The position numbers and the translations under genes are program-made. A stretch of 64,000 nt of DNA from Candidatus Eiseniibacteriota bacterium (GTDB lineage Bacteria > Eisenbacteria > RBG-16-71-46 > CAIMUX01 > VGJL01), in the NCBI GenBank assembly GCA_963792585.1, contig CAWBWI010000006.1:640001-704000 (forward strand). The letters run 5' to 3'. The notes beneath the pieces are model-generated. The model saw only the letters and a list, made by a program, of their open reading frames with translations, ran no database searches and was not told the DNA's origin. Shown piece by piece: positions 19,292 through 29,915 of the stretch (positions within the stretch are counted from its first letter, which is position 1; each line of letters begins with the position of its first letter).

Positions 19292-22039
19292 ATGAAACTG
19301 CTGACCTGGAGCTTCGCGATCGGGATCATTCTCGCCGGAGTCGCTCTACCGTGCCTTCCGTGCGTTGCCGTCTCAGAGTGCGTGGACTACCGCGACTACG
19401 AGTGTGCCACCCGCGTCCTGAGCCAAGCATACTGGGTCGAAACCGAGGCGGTACTCGACATTGATATCTCCGGGAACTACGCATATTTGGCAGCGGCCGA
19501 CGGGGAGTTCCTGGTTGTCGATGCAACGGACCCCGTGCATGTCCAGGTCGCGAGCCGAATCAGCACCCCGGGTTCTGCCGTTGCTCTGGCTTTGTCACAG
19601 ACCTACGCGTATGTCGCGACACTTCCGACGGGTCTGCAGGTGGTCGACATCTCCGACCCGGCCCATCCGCGAATCGTCGACAGCGTGGCTACACCCAATT
19701 CAGTCAGTGACGTGATGGTCTTCGGCTCCCACGCGTACCTGGCGGAAGAGTCCTCCGGTCTCAGGATCCTTGACCTGTCCGATCCCGCCCACCCAGTCGA
19801 GATCCCCCAAGGTATTGCGGGTCGGGTGTCTCACCTTGGACTGTCTGACGGAGTTCTCATTTTGACGAACCCGTCGTACGGACTCAGCTTCTTCGATCTC
19901 TCCACCCCGGACAGTCCGAGCCCGCTGTCGACGCTGGCTCTGCCTCACGCATCCCACGTGGCGGTTCTCGGTCTCCATGCGTTCGTGTCATGCGGGACCA
20001 CGGTCACTTCCGTCGACATCGCCGATCCCGCAAACCCCCAGGTTATCGGGAGTGTCACGGTGCCGTCCGTTGCCGGGCGCATCGTGACATTGGAACCCCA
20101 TGCGTTTGTGACCACATCGCAGACCAGCGTGCAAGTCCTGGACGTTTCGGATCCGACGGCTCTGAGAATCGAGCTCTCGTTGGGTCCATCTGAGGGAAAC
20201 AAGGCCATCGCGATTGATGGGGACCGTGTGTGTATTGGCGGCATTTTCGGCTCCTTCACGGTCATCGAGATCGCGAGCTTGGAAACGCCGGCTGTCGCGA
20301 GCGTACAGCTTCCCGAGTGGGCAAGAGTTGTCGCAACCCGTGCGAACTACGCATATGTCGGTTGCGACTTCCGAGGCATCCAGGTCGTGGACTTGACAGA
20401 TCCCCGGAATGCGCAGATCACAGATCAGTTCAGCACCGGCCCCGGCCATGTCGCGATGGCCGCATCCGGGTCTTTCATATATGACCTCAGCACGGACTTT
20501 GGTCTAACGATCCTGGATGTCGGAGATCCCGCCCACCCGGTCCAAGCGTCGGGCTGGGGTGACCTCCGGGACCTCCAGGATCTCGACGCTTCTGGGGGTT
20601 TCGCCTGCTACACGTACACCCATGGACTCGCGGCCCTGGACGTAAGCGATCCGTACCACCCCCGGGGCCTTGGAGAAGTCGAAATCTCGACGGGTGCCCG
20701 CAAGGTGGCAGTGACCGGGACGCACGCTTTCGTCACGGACGGCAGCCGTCGGATCACAACCGTGGATCTGCAGGGCCAGGCGGGTCCTGCCATCGCAGGA
20801 ACCTTCGATATTGAGGCTGGAGGCGTCACGGGGATCGCGGCCTCGGGTTCCTACCTCTACACCGTGGGCGGTCTGGATTTCTGGGCAGTCGATGTAGTGG
20901 ATCCTGCCAACCCTCTACCTATTGGGCATCTCGTCCTTCCAAGCAACGGAGGTGACCTCGTCGTTGATTCCGGTTACGCGCACATCCTTGGCGCCAAGGG
21001 TCTCTTTGTGGTCGATGTGAGGGACCCGGGGCATCCACAGCTGGCGGGGAACGTCTGCTCACCGGGATCACCTCAGAACCTCGCAGTCATGGCGACTCAT
21101 ACGGTTGTCGCCAGTCTGGACTCCGGTCTCCAGGTCCTCCACCGCCATTGTGGGAACCCTTCTGCGCCTGCTCCCTTCACCCTCACCTACCCGGCAGACC
21201 TCGAAAGCCTGACCGTACGGGATCCAACTTTGAGCTGGCGGGCCGCGCAACCGACGTTCCCAGGAGCGACCGTCGAATACGTTGTCATCTGGTCAGAGTC
21301 CCCGACCTTCACCCCCGCAGATTCCGCCTTCGCCGGGCGCGACACGACGTTCACGTTTGGGCCATCGGCCCTCGATCAGACCCGGACCTATTACTGGAAG
21401 GTCCGAGCGTCGAGTACCTCCGGGCGGAGTCGGTGGTCCGATCCAGGCGGGGGGCGCTCGTTCCACACCGGAGTCTTGACACCCGTCGTACTCGCGGCGA
21501 GCGTGCACTCGACCCAGGAGGGAATCCTCCTGACCTGGGACTTGTTGGCCGACCCGCAGATGGTCGCCGTTGCCGTCCTTCGCCGTGACCCACAACATCC
21601 GGAGTGGCTTCCGCTCTTCGTGGACCCTCCCGGCGGAGAGGCGGTGGGCCAATATCTTGATCGCAACGTCGAACCATGGGTTTCGTACGAATACCTCGTG
21701 GAGGTCCGGGACGACCTCGGCATCGTGACCCAAGTTGGTCCGATCGCCGCCCAACGCACTTCCGTGGAACTGGATCTTGCGGTATACCCATCCCCTGGTC
21801 GGGGCGCCGTGAACGTTGCCTTGAACCTGCCGTCACCGGGTGACGCTGTGCTGCGTCTGTTCGACGCGTCCGGACGCGAGGTCGCGCACAGAGATTTCCG
21901 GGGACTCCGGGCGGGCACGCACACCGTTGTTTGGACACCGGACGACGATCGCACCGATCACGTGCCATCGGGATCGTACTGGCTTTGCCTCTACACGGAG
22001 AGCGGGCGGCGGTGCGTCCCCTGGTCGCTGGTTCGGTGA
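19292..22039 (+). CDS. Secreted LVIVD-repeat protein with FN3-like and FlgD-Ig/T9SS-like C-terminal domain
   Basis: Many YAYVA....GLQVVDISDP repeats; YYWKVRA; VYPSPGRG...FDASGREV...SGSYW. Confidence 0.88.
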   Translation: MKLLTWSFAIGIILAGVALPCLPCVAVSECVDYRDYECATRVLSQAYWVETEAVLDIDISGNYAYLAAADGEFLVVDATDPVHVQVASRISTPGSAVALALSQTYAYVATLPTGLQVVDISDPAHPRIVDSVATPNSVSDVMVFGSHAYLAEESSGLRILDLSDPAHPVEIPQGIAGRVSHLGLSDGVLILTNPSYGLSFFDLSTPDSPSPLSTLALPHASHVAVLGLHAFVSCGTTVTSVDIADPANPQVIGSVTVPSVAGRIVTLEPHAFVTTSQTSVQVLDVSDPTALRIELSLGPSEGNKAIAIDGDRVCIGGIFGSFTVIEIASLETPAVASVQLPEWARVVATRANYAYVGCDFRGIQVVDLTDPRNAQITDQFSTGPGHVAMAASGSFIYDLSTDFGLTILDVGDPAHPVQASGWGDLRDLQDLDASGGFACYTYTHGLAALDVSDPYHPRGLGEVEISTGARKVAVTGTHAFVTDGSRRITTVDLQGQAGPAIAGTFDIEAGGVTGIAASGSYLYTVGGLDFWAVDVVDPANPLPIGHLVLPSNGGDLVVDSGYAHILGAKGLFVVDVRDPGHPQLAGNVCSPGSPQNLAVMATHTVVASLDSGLQVLHRHCGNPSAPAPFTLTYPADLESLTVRDPTLSWRAAQPTFPGATVEYVVIWSESPTFTPADSAFAGRDTTFTFGPSALDQTRTYYWKVRASSTSGRSRWSDPGGGRSFHTGVLTPVVLAASVHSTQEGILLTWDLLADPQMVAVAVLRRDPQHPEWLPLFVDPPGGEAVGQYLDRNVEPWVSYEYLVEVRDDLGIVTQVGPIAAQRTSVELDLAVYPSPGRGAVNVALNLPSPGDAVLRLFDASGREVAHRDFRGLRAGTHTVVWTPDDDRTDHVPSGSYWLCLYTESGRRCVPWSLVR

Positions 22040-22143
22040 CTTCGGCGAGGGCCACAGAGCCACGCTCTGGCTCGCAGCTAATGGTGACCATTAACGGTCG
22101 CAGACGCGGTACGCTCCAACTTGGCCGCGCTTAGGAGGCTCAA

Positions 22144-22530
22144 ATGAAGAGAGTCACAGGTATCGGAGGAATCTTCTTCAGCGCGAGCGACCCGGTCGCA
22201 CTGCGAGCTTGGTACAAGGAGCACCTGGGCATTGACGTCCAGGGATGGGGAGGCGCCGCGTTCGACTGGACCGACGCAGCGGGCAATCCGACAAAGGGAA
22301 CGACCGCGTGGTTGATCGGTCCCGCCGATGGTAAGCACTTCGCACCAAGCAAGTCGACCTTCATGGTCAACTATCGTGTCGAAGACTTGGCCGCTCTACT
22401 TCAGGCGCTTCGGGACGAAGGATGTAACGTCCTGGAGAAGACGGACGACTCCGAGTACGGAAAGTTCGGTTGGGTCATGGATCCGGAGGGCAACAAGGTT
22501 GAACTTTGGCAGCCACCCCCGGGGCAGTGA
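22144..22530 (+). CDS. VOC/glyoxalase family protein
   Basis: RVTGIGGIFF...YGKFGWVMDPEGNKVELWQP. Confidence 0.92.
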   Translation: MKRVTGIGGIFFSASDPVALRAWYKEHLGIDVQGWGGAAFDWTDAAGNPTKGTTAWLIGPADGKHFAPSKSTFMVNYRVEDLAALLQALRDEGCNVLEKTDDSEYGKFGWVMDPEGNKVELWQPPPGQ

Positions 22531-22558
22531 GCTCCATGCCTGATAGCCAAATGCCGAC

Positions 22559-22627
22559 GCCTAACCGGTCGTTCGAGCCGACAGCCCCCGGCAAACCTCG
22601 GTCTGCCGCGCAACTTCACCGTTCTGC
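22559..22627 (+). repeat. attC, short type, diverged
   Basis: GCCTAAC...GTTCTGC. Confidence 0.75.
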
Positions 22628-22837
22628 GGATTGCGTTACGCTCTGCCCGCTATCGGGCGCGAGGGCTCTTGCGTAGCAGGGTCCAGAAGCCCCTTGGGTC
22701 AACGATACGAATGGGTGACTTCGATGCCACGGCGAACAAGCCCGCATCGCCTGTTACCAAACCTCTCGGGCTACGTCCTCAATGGAGTTGCGCATGCCGG
22801 ATACTGTAGGACTTCCCTTCAAGTCAGCCAATTGTCC

Positions 22838-22967
22838 GCAGACCAGCCGCAGTCACCTGACACACTGGGCCGCCTCGGCCCGGCAGAGGTGCGTAGCAAG
22901 CGGGACCAACGCCTCGCGTTACCGGCGCCGCGCCGGCCCCAGCGCGCAGGTGACGCGATCGTCTGGC
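22838..22967 (+). repeat. Degenerate long-family attC
   Basis: tccGCAGACC pairs with GTTCTGCgga; CACCTG...CAGGTGACGCG; R' GTCTGGC. Confidence 0.8.
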
Positions 22968-22978
22968 GGCGGTGAGGA

Positions 22979-23851
22979 ATGAAAGTACTCGTTACAGGTA
23001 GCCGTGGTCTTGTCGGAATGGCCGTGGTCCGCGAGCTCTCGGCGCGCGGTCACGAGGTTGCAGATTACGACCTGCAGGACGGGGCCGATATCCTCGATTC
23101 GGCCGCACTCGCTTCAGCCATGCGTGGCTGTGAAGCAGTGGTTCACTCTGCGGCGCTGCTTGGTCGAAGTGGCGAGAGGCCCGCTGATATCGCCACCGTG
23201 AACGTTGAAGGCACTCGCAAGGTCCTTGCCGCGAGCCGAACGTGTGGCGTCAGCCGCATCGTCTTCATGAGTAGCGTGGACGTCTTCGGAGTCTTCAAGG
23301 GCGAACGGGAGCCCGACTATCTGCCCCTCGATGACGCGCATCCCTGCTACGGCGCCACCCCGTACGCGATCTCCAAGCGAATTGGCGAGGAGATGTGTCG
23401 CTCTCTCTCGGATGATGGCGGACCGCTCACGGTTTCCCTGCGTCCACCCGGAGTGTGGTGCGACGACACATATCTCTGGATCCAGGCAACGCGATCCAAG
23501 CGGCCCGAGTTCGAGTGGAGCCCGTTCTGGGAGTACGGTGCTTTCATCGATGTGAGAGACCTCGCGCGTGCTTGTCTCCAGGCTCTCACATGTCAGATCG
23601 AATCATCGAGGTGTTTTGCCGTCGCTTCCTCGGACATCACGACGTCTGGTCGCACCAGCCGAGAGTGGGCTTCCTTTGTGCATCCTCGCGTCGAATGGCG
23701 AGGGGGACCCGAATACGATGCCGATCCGTATCGCAGCCTGATCCTCGCCGACGAAGCTCAAAGGGTTCTCGATTGGCGGCCCACGCATACATGGAAGTCC
23801 TTCGTGGCTGAGCATCTCTTGCGTTCTCGCGGTCGCCCAACAAGCGATTGA
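22979..23851 (+). CDS. NAD-dependent epimerase/dehydratase
   Basis: VLVTGSRGLVG; YAISK. Confidence 0.9.
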   Translation: MKVLVTGSRGLVGMAVVRELSARGHEVADYDLQDGADILDSAALASAMRGCEAVVHSAALLGRSGERPADIATVNVEGTRKVLAASRTCGVSRIVFMSSVDVFGVFKGEREPDYLPLDDAHPCYGATPYAISKRIGEEMCRSLSDDGGPLTVSLRPPGVWCDDTYLWIQATRSKRPEFEWSPFWEYGAFIDVRDLARACLQALTCQIESSRCFAVASSDITTSGRTSREWASFVHPRVEWRGGPEYDADPYRSLILADEAQRVLDWRPTHTWKSFVAEHLLRSRGRPTSD

Positions 23852-23931
23852 ACCCGACAGCCCGCGCTCTGGTGCCCAGTCAATTGCAAGCCAGAGTCGG
23901 CACGGGTCGCGGGCTAGCCGCAGCGTAAGGC
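23835..23931 (+). repeat. Degenerate attC
   Basis: GCCCAAC...GTAAGGC. Confidence 0.65.
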
Positions 23932-24057
23932 ATCGCTCGGGCCACCCGCCCGCATCTGGACGAGCAGCGTTTTCCGAGGCTGCTGACCTGGGATCACGTG
24001 GAGTGATCAGCCCCGGCCTTCAAGTCGCTCCTGTGCCTCGCCTCCGGCAAGCCCCAC

Positions 24058-24504
24058 CTAGGCCGCCCCCGTGCCGGCGTTGCGCAATCTTCGCTTCTTC
24101 GCCGTTCTGGCTAACAACGCCGATCCGACGGCTGAGATTGCGCTCAGTAGAGTCACTGAACCGATCATTACGAGGCAGAGCAACCACAGCGGGAACTTGG
24201 GACTCGGCGTCCCAACAGCAAACGGAAGCACGCCCACCAGCAGACCACTCACCGCCCCCCAGGCGCCGGACCGGAGAAGCGACCACTCATCAAATCTGCG
24301 CTGGCCATCTGCGATCCCACGCACTGCGGAGAAGACCGCGCCGCAAAGAAAGCCCGGGTACCCCCCCACAGCCACCCACATCTCATCCATGGACCCATCG
24401 GGATCCACGATCAACCCTATGAGCACACCAATCGGCGCCCATACTGCGGCCCAGGCCAGGCCCATCAAGACTGCCCCGCGGATGCGTGTCAGCCACTTCT
24501 TCAT
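24058..24504 (-). CDS. Membrane protein in an inverted cassette
   Basis: GAGG RBS, MKKWLTRIRGA, four TM segments. Confidence 0.78.
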   Translation of the reverse strand: MKKWLTRIRGAVLMGLAWAAVWAPIGVLIGLIVDPDGSMDEMWVAVGGYPGFLCGAVFSAVRGIADGQRRFDEWSLLRSGAWGAVSGLLVGVLPFAVGTPSPKFPLWLLCLVMIGSVTLLSAISAVGSALLARTAKKRRLRNAGTGAA

Positions 24505-24713
24505 TGCTACCTCTCTGTGCAATCGGATCTTCCACCATCACTGCTACCGGTACGCAGAACCTCCTCCACTTGCCCCCAGAACCGACTCGGCATCGAGGGC
24601 CCTCCGGCGAAGAACTGCAGCCGACGGAGAGACATCGACTCTGTAGAATAGAGCATCCTGCATCGGTGCGATGCGCAACTCCCGGGGCGTAAGGATTGAT
24701 CGGTGCGAATGAA

Positions 24714-24828
24714 GCCTAACGAGGAGTTGATGCTGACGGGACTCTATCGCGCAAGCGGCCAGCCGGCACGCTGCGCTCGCGCGCCGCATTACTATTGGTG
24801 CGCTGCGGCTTGACTCCGGCCGCTAGGC
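24714..24828 (+). repeat. Degenerate attC
   Basis: GCCTAACGAGGAGTTGA...TTGACTCC...GCTAGGC. Confidence 0.6.
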
Positions 24829-25010
24829 GCGACCTGCGCGTAAGTCCAACCGATGTGCTGCCTCTTGGCCTCCACTACCGGCGGCTTGGCCCTCGCGCTC
24901 CGCGCCCGACTCGGCAGCCGAAGCTGGATGCTCGCGCGCCTGGCTCGTTCCGCAGGGGACCGGCCTTCCGGTGGTACAATGGTTGCGCCGGGTTGGAGGG
25001 GGTGCGAATC

Positions 25011-26411
25011 ATGCCGCGGATCACCGACCCCAGAGCTCCCGCAAGGACTGACGGCTTCTTCCTGTCCGTCTTGCTCCTTCTTGCCATCCCCGTGCCTTCC
25101 AGTTCGTCTGGGTATTGGACGAGCGTCCCGCTTCCGTCGCGTGTCGAGTACATCAGCGCACTCACCGCGGGCAATCAGTACCTGTTTGCCGCCATGGTGG
25201 ACAGTTCCGGCGGGAACCTCGGTCTCTTCCGGACGCCACTGCAGGACCCGGCTACGTGGCAACACCTCGGACTCGAGGGTCGGCTCATTCGGGGAATCGT
25301 ACCTTCTGGGGAGGTCGATGCTGAACTCCTGGTCGGAGCAAGTGGGGATCCTCTCGTCCAGTATTCATCCGATGGAGGCTCCCACTGGAGTTCGAGCCTT
25401 CATGGTCGCAATCTCCAGTCATTCAGCACCATGGCTTGGAACGGCAGATATCCCGGCAGGGTCTACGTCTCGGCCAAGACCGCCGGGACATATGACTCCA
25501 TCGGGGTCTTCGTGTCCTCCGACTTTGGAAGAGACTGGGAATATTGGCACCTCTGCTCCGGGTGCGTCACTACCGGTCTACTCCACATTGCGGCGCCGCA
25601 GAATGGAAGCCTCACCGCCTGGGGAACAACATACGGCGGGTACTTCACAACGGGGCTCTTCAAGACGGATGACGGCGGCGCGATCTGGGGCTACGTCGGC
25701 GATCCTGATTGGTGCTACCCCCTTGATCTCCAGGTTTCCCCTCGAGACGAACAGGAGTGTTACTCCCTCGGCACGTGTGCTGTCGTGGTCATCCAAGGCG
25801 ATCAAGTCATAGGCCAGTTCGCGCCTCCATTCGTTGCGCAGCTAGCGATTGAGGCGCCGCCCTGGCACCCAGAAACCATCTATGCTGTCGGCCGTCGCGC
25901 CGATGGTCGTGCCGGCGTCTCATTCGCAACCAGACCGTGGACCACCTGGTCCGCTCTCGACGAAGGACTGCCGACACAGACCCTTCCCGAGAACCCTGAA
26001 TCGGATTGGGACAAGTACCAGTTTGTGGCTGTCCATGGGCAGCCCACGCTCTTTCTCTCCCTTCGTGGCATGGGGCTCTGGAGGTGTGACCTATCCGACG
26101 TCGCGGCCGTCCAACTTGACCACGGTGCCTCGTTTGGTTCCGTTCGACTATCGAATCCCTGTCCGAATCCAATGCGTGGCGTGACCATCATGAGCGTTGA
26201 GACTCCGGATCCGGCCATTCCGTGGTCCATCGACGTCGTCGACATTCGCGGCAGGGTCGTACGCCATCTCGCCGCGGGACGCGGCAGCCGAATCAACGTG
26301 ACCTGGGACGCTGCGCTGGCATCCGGCCACCCCGCCCCGATGGGCGTCTATCACTTCCGGCTCACGACCACGACGGGTGAGGTCGTGAAATCAATTGTCG
26401 TCCTGCACTGA
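25011..26411 (+). CDS. Secreted BNR/Asp-box beta-propeller with FlgD-Ig/T9SS-like CTD
   Basis: SSDGGSHW, SSDFGRDW, KTDDGGAIW; PNPMRG...DIRGRVVR...GVYHFRL. Confidence 0.85.
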   Translation: MPRITDPRAPARTDGFFLSVLLLLAIPVPSSSSGYWTSVPLPSRVEYISALTAGNQYLFAAMVDSSGGNLGLFRTPLQDPATWQHLGLEGRLIRGIVPSGEVDAELLVGASGDPLVQYSSDGGSHWSSSLHGRNLQSFSTMAWNGRYPGRVYVSAKTAGTYDSIGVFVSSDFGRDWEYWHLCSGCVTTGLLHIAAPQNGSLTAWGTTYGGYFTTGLFKTDDGGAIWGYVGDPDWCYPLDLQVSPRDEQECYSLGTCAVVVIQGDQVIGQFAPPFVAQLAIEAPPWHPETIYAVGRRADGRAGVSFATRPWTTWSALDEGLPTQTLPENPESDWDKYQFVAVHGQPTLFLSLRGMGLWRCDLSDVAAVQLDHGASFGSVRLSNPCPNPMRGVTIMSVETPDPAIPWSIDVVDIRGRVVRHLAAGRGSRINVTWDAALASGHPAPMGVYHFRLTTTTGEVVKSIVVLH

Positions 26412-26426
26412 GGACTGGGGATGCCC

Positions 26427-26493
26427 CGCTAACTCCCCCGCCCAGCTGGCGGGTCGCGCCGGCCTCAGTCGGTAGTTGACGCGAAAGCCAGTC
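26427..26493 (+). repeat. Internally deleted long-family attC remnant
   Basis: CGCTAAC...GCGCCGGCCTCAG...TGACGCGAA. Confidence 0.55.
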
Positions 26494-26512
26494 CCATCGA
26501 AGGGAGGAAACG

Positions 26513-27166
26513 ATGCGACCTCTGGCAGGAATCTCTGGGTTGCTCCGAATGGTGACTGTAGCCGTCCTGATTCTCAACACGTGGCCGGCGGCCGGCGAGC
26601 CGGTGCTGATCGATTTCGAGGTCTTCGACGCCATGGACTTCTGGAGCGGTCAACCGATACCCGAGGCCGCCCGCTTGTCGGATGGAGTGGCGGCCACCCA
26701 TGGCGTTCTCTTCGTCTCGGGTGCGGAGTATGTTGCTGTGGTCGCTCTCGGAGTGGGGCATGCCACGAGCGGGACCAACGGCATCGGAGGCGCCACTCCG
26801 GACGGAATCCTGACCTACGATCGCCGCTGGCCCATCGTCTTTCGGTTTGTCGATCCCCAGAATCCCGAAGCGCTGGCGGTCACCGACTTCGTTTCCGTTC
26901 GCGGGGACATGGCGGGCACCAGCGGGCAGGAGGTTGTCATCAATGCGTACGATGTAAGCGGGGTCCTCGTTGGCTCCGACCAAGTACTCGATTTCGGTGG
27001 TCAGACCTTGACCGTGGCTGGAGTTGGAATCCACCGTGTAGAGTTTCTCGGAACGCAAGACGACTGCGGCGTCGCGCTTGACGACCTTACATTCAACCCC
27101 GTGACGCCGCTCCCTACCACGACGACATCACATACGTGGGGCAGAGTGAAGGCCATGTATCGTTAG
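26513..27166 (+). CDS. Secreted protein with HTWGRVKAMYR tail
   Basis: GGAGG RBS, signal peptide, IDFE...DDLTF domain of the kind seen in PEP-CTERM proteins, Thr-rich linker. Confidence 0.82.
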   Translation: MRPLAGISGLLRMVTVAVLILNTWPAAGEPVLIDFEVFDAMDFWSGQPIPEAARLSDGVAATHGVLFVSGAEYVAVVALGVGHATSGTNGIGGATPDGILTYDRRWPIVFRFVDPQNPEALAVTDFVSVRGDMAGTSGQEVVINAYDVSGVLVGSDQVLDFGGQTLTVAGVGIHRVEFLGTQDDCGVALDDLTFNPVTPLPTTTTSHTWGRVKAMYR

Positions 27167-27235
27167 AGGGGCGCCATCGGGGATGAAGCGTTCGTCCGAT
27201 CGGCAACAGATCAGCCAGCGCATCTGGGCAACACC

Positions 27236-27619
27236 ATGCTGCGGGGGCTAGTCGCCCCATTCTTCCGCCGCGCTGAACTTTCGCCGAGGGCGCGGGCGGC
27301 GGCAGTCTGTTTGTGGATCCCGGCGGCCATTCGATGCAGCAGCGTATTCGCGAGCCGTGGGATTCGGGTCACCGGCCCGGGTGCATCGCCTTCCATTCTT
27401 AACGAGGCTCGCCGACTGGCGCTTCAAGGCGGAGAGCAGGTGAACTGGGTTCACGGTGACAGGCCGCATCCGCCGACCGGGATCATCTATCGCACGTTGG
27501 TCCCTTGCGACGCCTTCGGCTCCCTCGATACCGACGAGGAGAACGAGGACGTCATACGGCAAACGGCCGAACTGATATCAGCTGACGCCCAGGTTTCGGA
27601 CGACGCGACGTCGAACTAA
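27236..27619 (+). pseudogene. Probable decayed methyltransferase fragment
   Basis: RGIRVTG...ARRLA...VNWVHGD...AFGSLDTDEENEDVIR. Confidence 0.4.
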
Positions 27620-27652
27620 GTTCCCTTCGTTGGCGGCCGTCAGGGCGTTCGT

Positions 27653-27783
27653 GCCTGACAGCCGCAGTCCCCTACCGAGATGGGCCGTCACGGCCCTCGC
27701 AGAGGGCCAGAGAAGGCAGTAGAATCACTCGGGGCTGCCATGGCCGCGCCGGCCTCGCGTCGCAGGTGATGCCAACACTCCGC
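27653..27783 (+). repeat. Heavily degenerate subtype A attC (last clear one)
   Basis: GCCTGACAGCCGC...TGGGCCGTCACGGCCCT...CGCAGGTGATGCCAAC; R' lost. Confidence 0.8.
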
Positions 27784-27813
27784 GGGTAACCGCCAGGAGG
27801 ACGAAGGTCCCAT

Positions 27814-28296
27814 ATGATTCCTCACGTGCTCTCGACGTTTTCCCTCTTCGGGCTGTCTATGCTATTCGGCGCCACCGTCTACGAGTCCGTTGTTATGGCG
27901 CCAAACTACGAGCGTGACATCCCCGCATCGATCACTCTTGCCAGGCAGTTCTTGAAGCGGACCACGCCAGCCCACTTCTTTCGACTGGTCATGCCACTAA
28001 CGCAACTCTTCCTGCTCGCCAGCGTCGTTGCGTCATGGCACGTCCCAGATGCCCGCTGGCGATTGTTGATTGCCTTCACGGATCTCGTGCTCCTGGATGT
28101 GTTCACCTTCGCTTTCCACTATCCTCGCCTAGCGATCATGTTCAAGGCTCCAATGCCGGACGACCCCACGCGCCTCGGCCGCGCGGCGAGAGAGTGGGCT
28201 GCCGGCAACGTCGGAAGAGCGGCTCTCTTGGTAGTGGCGCTGCTGTCGGCGCTTCAGGCAGTGACGATTCTGGCAATCCGGTCGGCCGCCCAGTAG
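27814..28296 (+). CDS. DUF1772-like membrane protein
   Basis: Four TM segments, AAREWAAGN. Confidence 0.7.
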   Translation: MIPHVLSTFSLFGLSMLFGATVYESVVMAPNYERDIPASITLARQFLKRTTPAHFFRLVMPLTQLFLLASVVASWHVPDARWRLLIAFTDLVLLDVFTFAFHYPRLAIMFKAPMPDDPTRLGRAAREWAAGNVGRAALLVVALLSALQAVTILAIRSAAQ

Positions 28297-28410
28297 CGGG
28301 CCGAACCCAATACGCCCCATTGAGACACGACAGGCCGCGTTTCGATGGGATGGTGCGGATCGCGGTGGGCGCGACCGTTCGACATCCGAAGCACAATATG
28401 GGAGGCGACA

Positions 28411-28782
28411 ATGGAGTTGGGGGCGTTCTCCGTCAGCTTGGCCGTGAAGGATATCGAGGTGTCGAGAGCCTTCTACGAGAAGCTCGGTTTTGCTGTCTTC
28501 GCAGGCGTTCAGTCGCAGAACTGGCTGATCCTCAAGAACGGCGATCACGTCATCGGGCTGTTTCAGGGAATGTTCGAGAGGAACATCCTCACTTTCAATC
28601 CTGGCTGGGACGGCAACGCGCAGAAAGTGGACGACTTCACGGACATCCGTGAGCTGCAGCGCCGGCTCCGGGCTCAGGGTGTTGAGTTCACGCAGGAGGC
28701 GGACGAGAGCACAACGGGGCCGGCCAGCTTGATCGCCGTCGATCCCGATGGGAATCCGATCCTGCTCGATCAGCACGTGTGA
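28411..28782 (+). CDS. VOC family protein
   Basis: MELGAFSVSLAVKD...DPDGNPILLDQH. Confidence 0.92.
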   Translation: MELGAFSVSLAVKDIEVSRAFYEKLGFAVFAGVQSQNWLILKNGDHVIGLFQGMFERNILTFNPGWDGNAQKVDDFTDIRELQRRLRAQGVEFTQEADESTTGPASLIAVDPDGNPILLDQHV

Positions 28783-28832
28783 GCGGAAGTTCGTGCCCGC
28801 AGTGGCGAGTGAATAGAACATGGGAGGGCCGT

Positions 28833-29426
28833 ATGCGCCAGCTTGTGATCGTCGTCTTGCTGCTTCTCTCCGCGACCGAGGCTGTGGCACAGAACCAGGA
28901 CAATCGCGAGGAGGCCCGTAGGAGGGGCTATTTCGGCGCCCCTGTCGTCAAGTGGACCATCATCAGAGATCAGGGGGCTTTGATGTTCGGAGGGCGCGGG
29001 GGCTGGAACGTCACCCCTTCCCTACTGCTCGGCGGAAGCTTGCTCGGGACGATGACCGAAATCAATGCCCGGCACGCTGCGGTGCCCGATGCGCCGGGCC
29101 CGTTGGACATCAAGTTCGAGACCTTCGGGTTCGATCTGGAGTATGCCGTCCGTCCCAAGTCGCCGACTCACCTGACGCTCGGCGCGCTCTTGGGCGGTGC
29201 CGCCGTCCACTACGTGCGAAACAAGACCCACGAGCAGCATGGCGAAACCGATTTCATGTTCCATCTGGAACCGTCGGTGGGTGTCGAGCAGAGCATCACC
29301 GATCGCCTTCACCTGAATCTTGCGGGGTCGTACCGGCTCGTCAGCGGGGTCGAGCAGCGGGGCCTGAAGGGCACCGACTGCACCGGCCCGGCCGCCGCCC
29401 TCGCCCTCAAGTTCGGCCGGTTCTGA
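28833..29426 (+). CDS. Outer-membrane beta-barrel-like protein
   Basis: Signal peptide; GGRGGW; C-terminal KFGRF. Confidence 0.7.
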   Translation: MRQLVIVVLLLLSATEAVAQNQDNREEARRRGYFGAPVVKWTIIRDQGALMFGGRGGWNVTPSLLLGGSLLGTMTEINARHAAVPDAPGPLDIKFETFGFDLEYAVRPKSPTHLTLGALLGGAAVHYVRNKTHEQHGETDFMFHLEPSVGVEQSITDRLHLNLAGSYRLVSGVEQRGLKGTDCTGPAAALALKFGRF

Positions 29427-29640
29427 GATCGCGTCCAGGAGGACGGGGCGAGAGATCGCCAACGCGGGGCGGGCGGCACTCTGCAGATGTGGTGGTACGG
29501 CGACGCAGCCGTTCTGCGATGGCAGCCACAGGCGTGTGGATTTCAAGTCCAGGGCGGGCCCCGCGACCTGACTGCACTCGGCGAAGAGCGTCGGCATTCA
29601 GGAGCTGCGGGCCATCGCGGTCGAGAATTGAAGAGCGCAC

Positions 29641-29880
29641 ATCGGGATTCAGAACCGGCGCATTCACGGCTTCAGAGGCATCCGGCTCCTTCGACGCGCA
29701 TTGGCCTCAGAGGTCGGGTTCGTGACGATCATGTGGTTTGAGACGATGGAGGCGGTCCGCGAGTTCGCCGGAGCGGATCACGAAGTCGCGGTCGTTCCCG
29801 AGAAGGCACGAGCCGCGCCGGCGAGATTCGACGAGCGGTCGCAGCACTATGACGTCCGGGCGGAGAGGAACGGGGATTGA
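29641..29880 (+). pseudogene. N-truncated antibiotic biosynthesis monooxygenase-like fragment
   Basis: GFRGIRLLRR...VTIMWFETMEAVREFAG...RFDERSQHYDV with no start. Confidence 0.6.
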
Positions 29881-29915
29881 GCGAACGCCAGGATACTACG
29901 CGGAGGGGGCCGGCA

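Noticed and set aside
22040..22140. attC closing the LVIVD cassette (GACCATTAAC...GCTTAGGA)
   Set aside because: Cores and arms are too degenerate to support as a feature.
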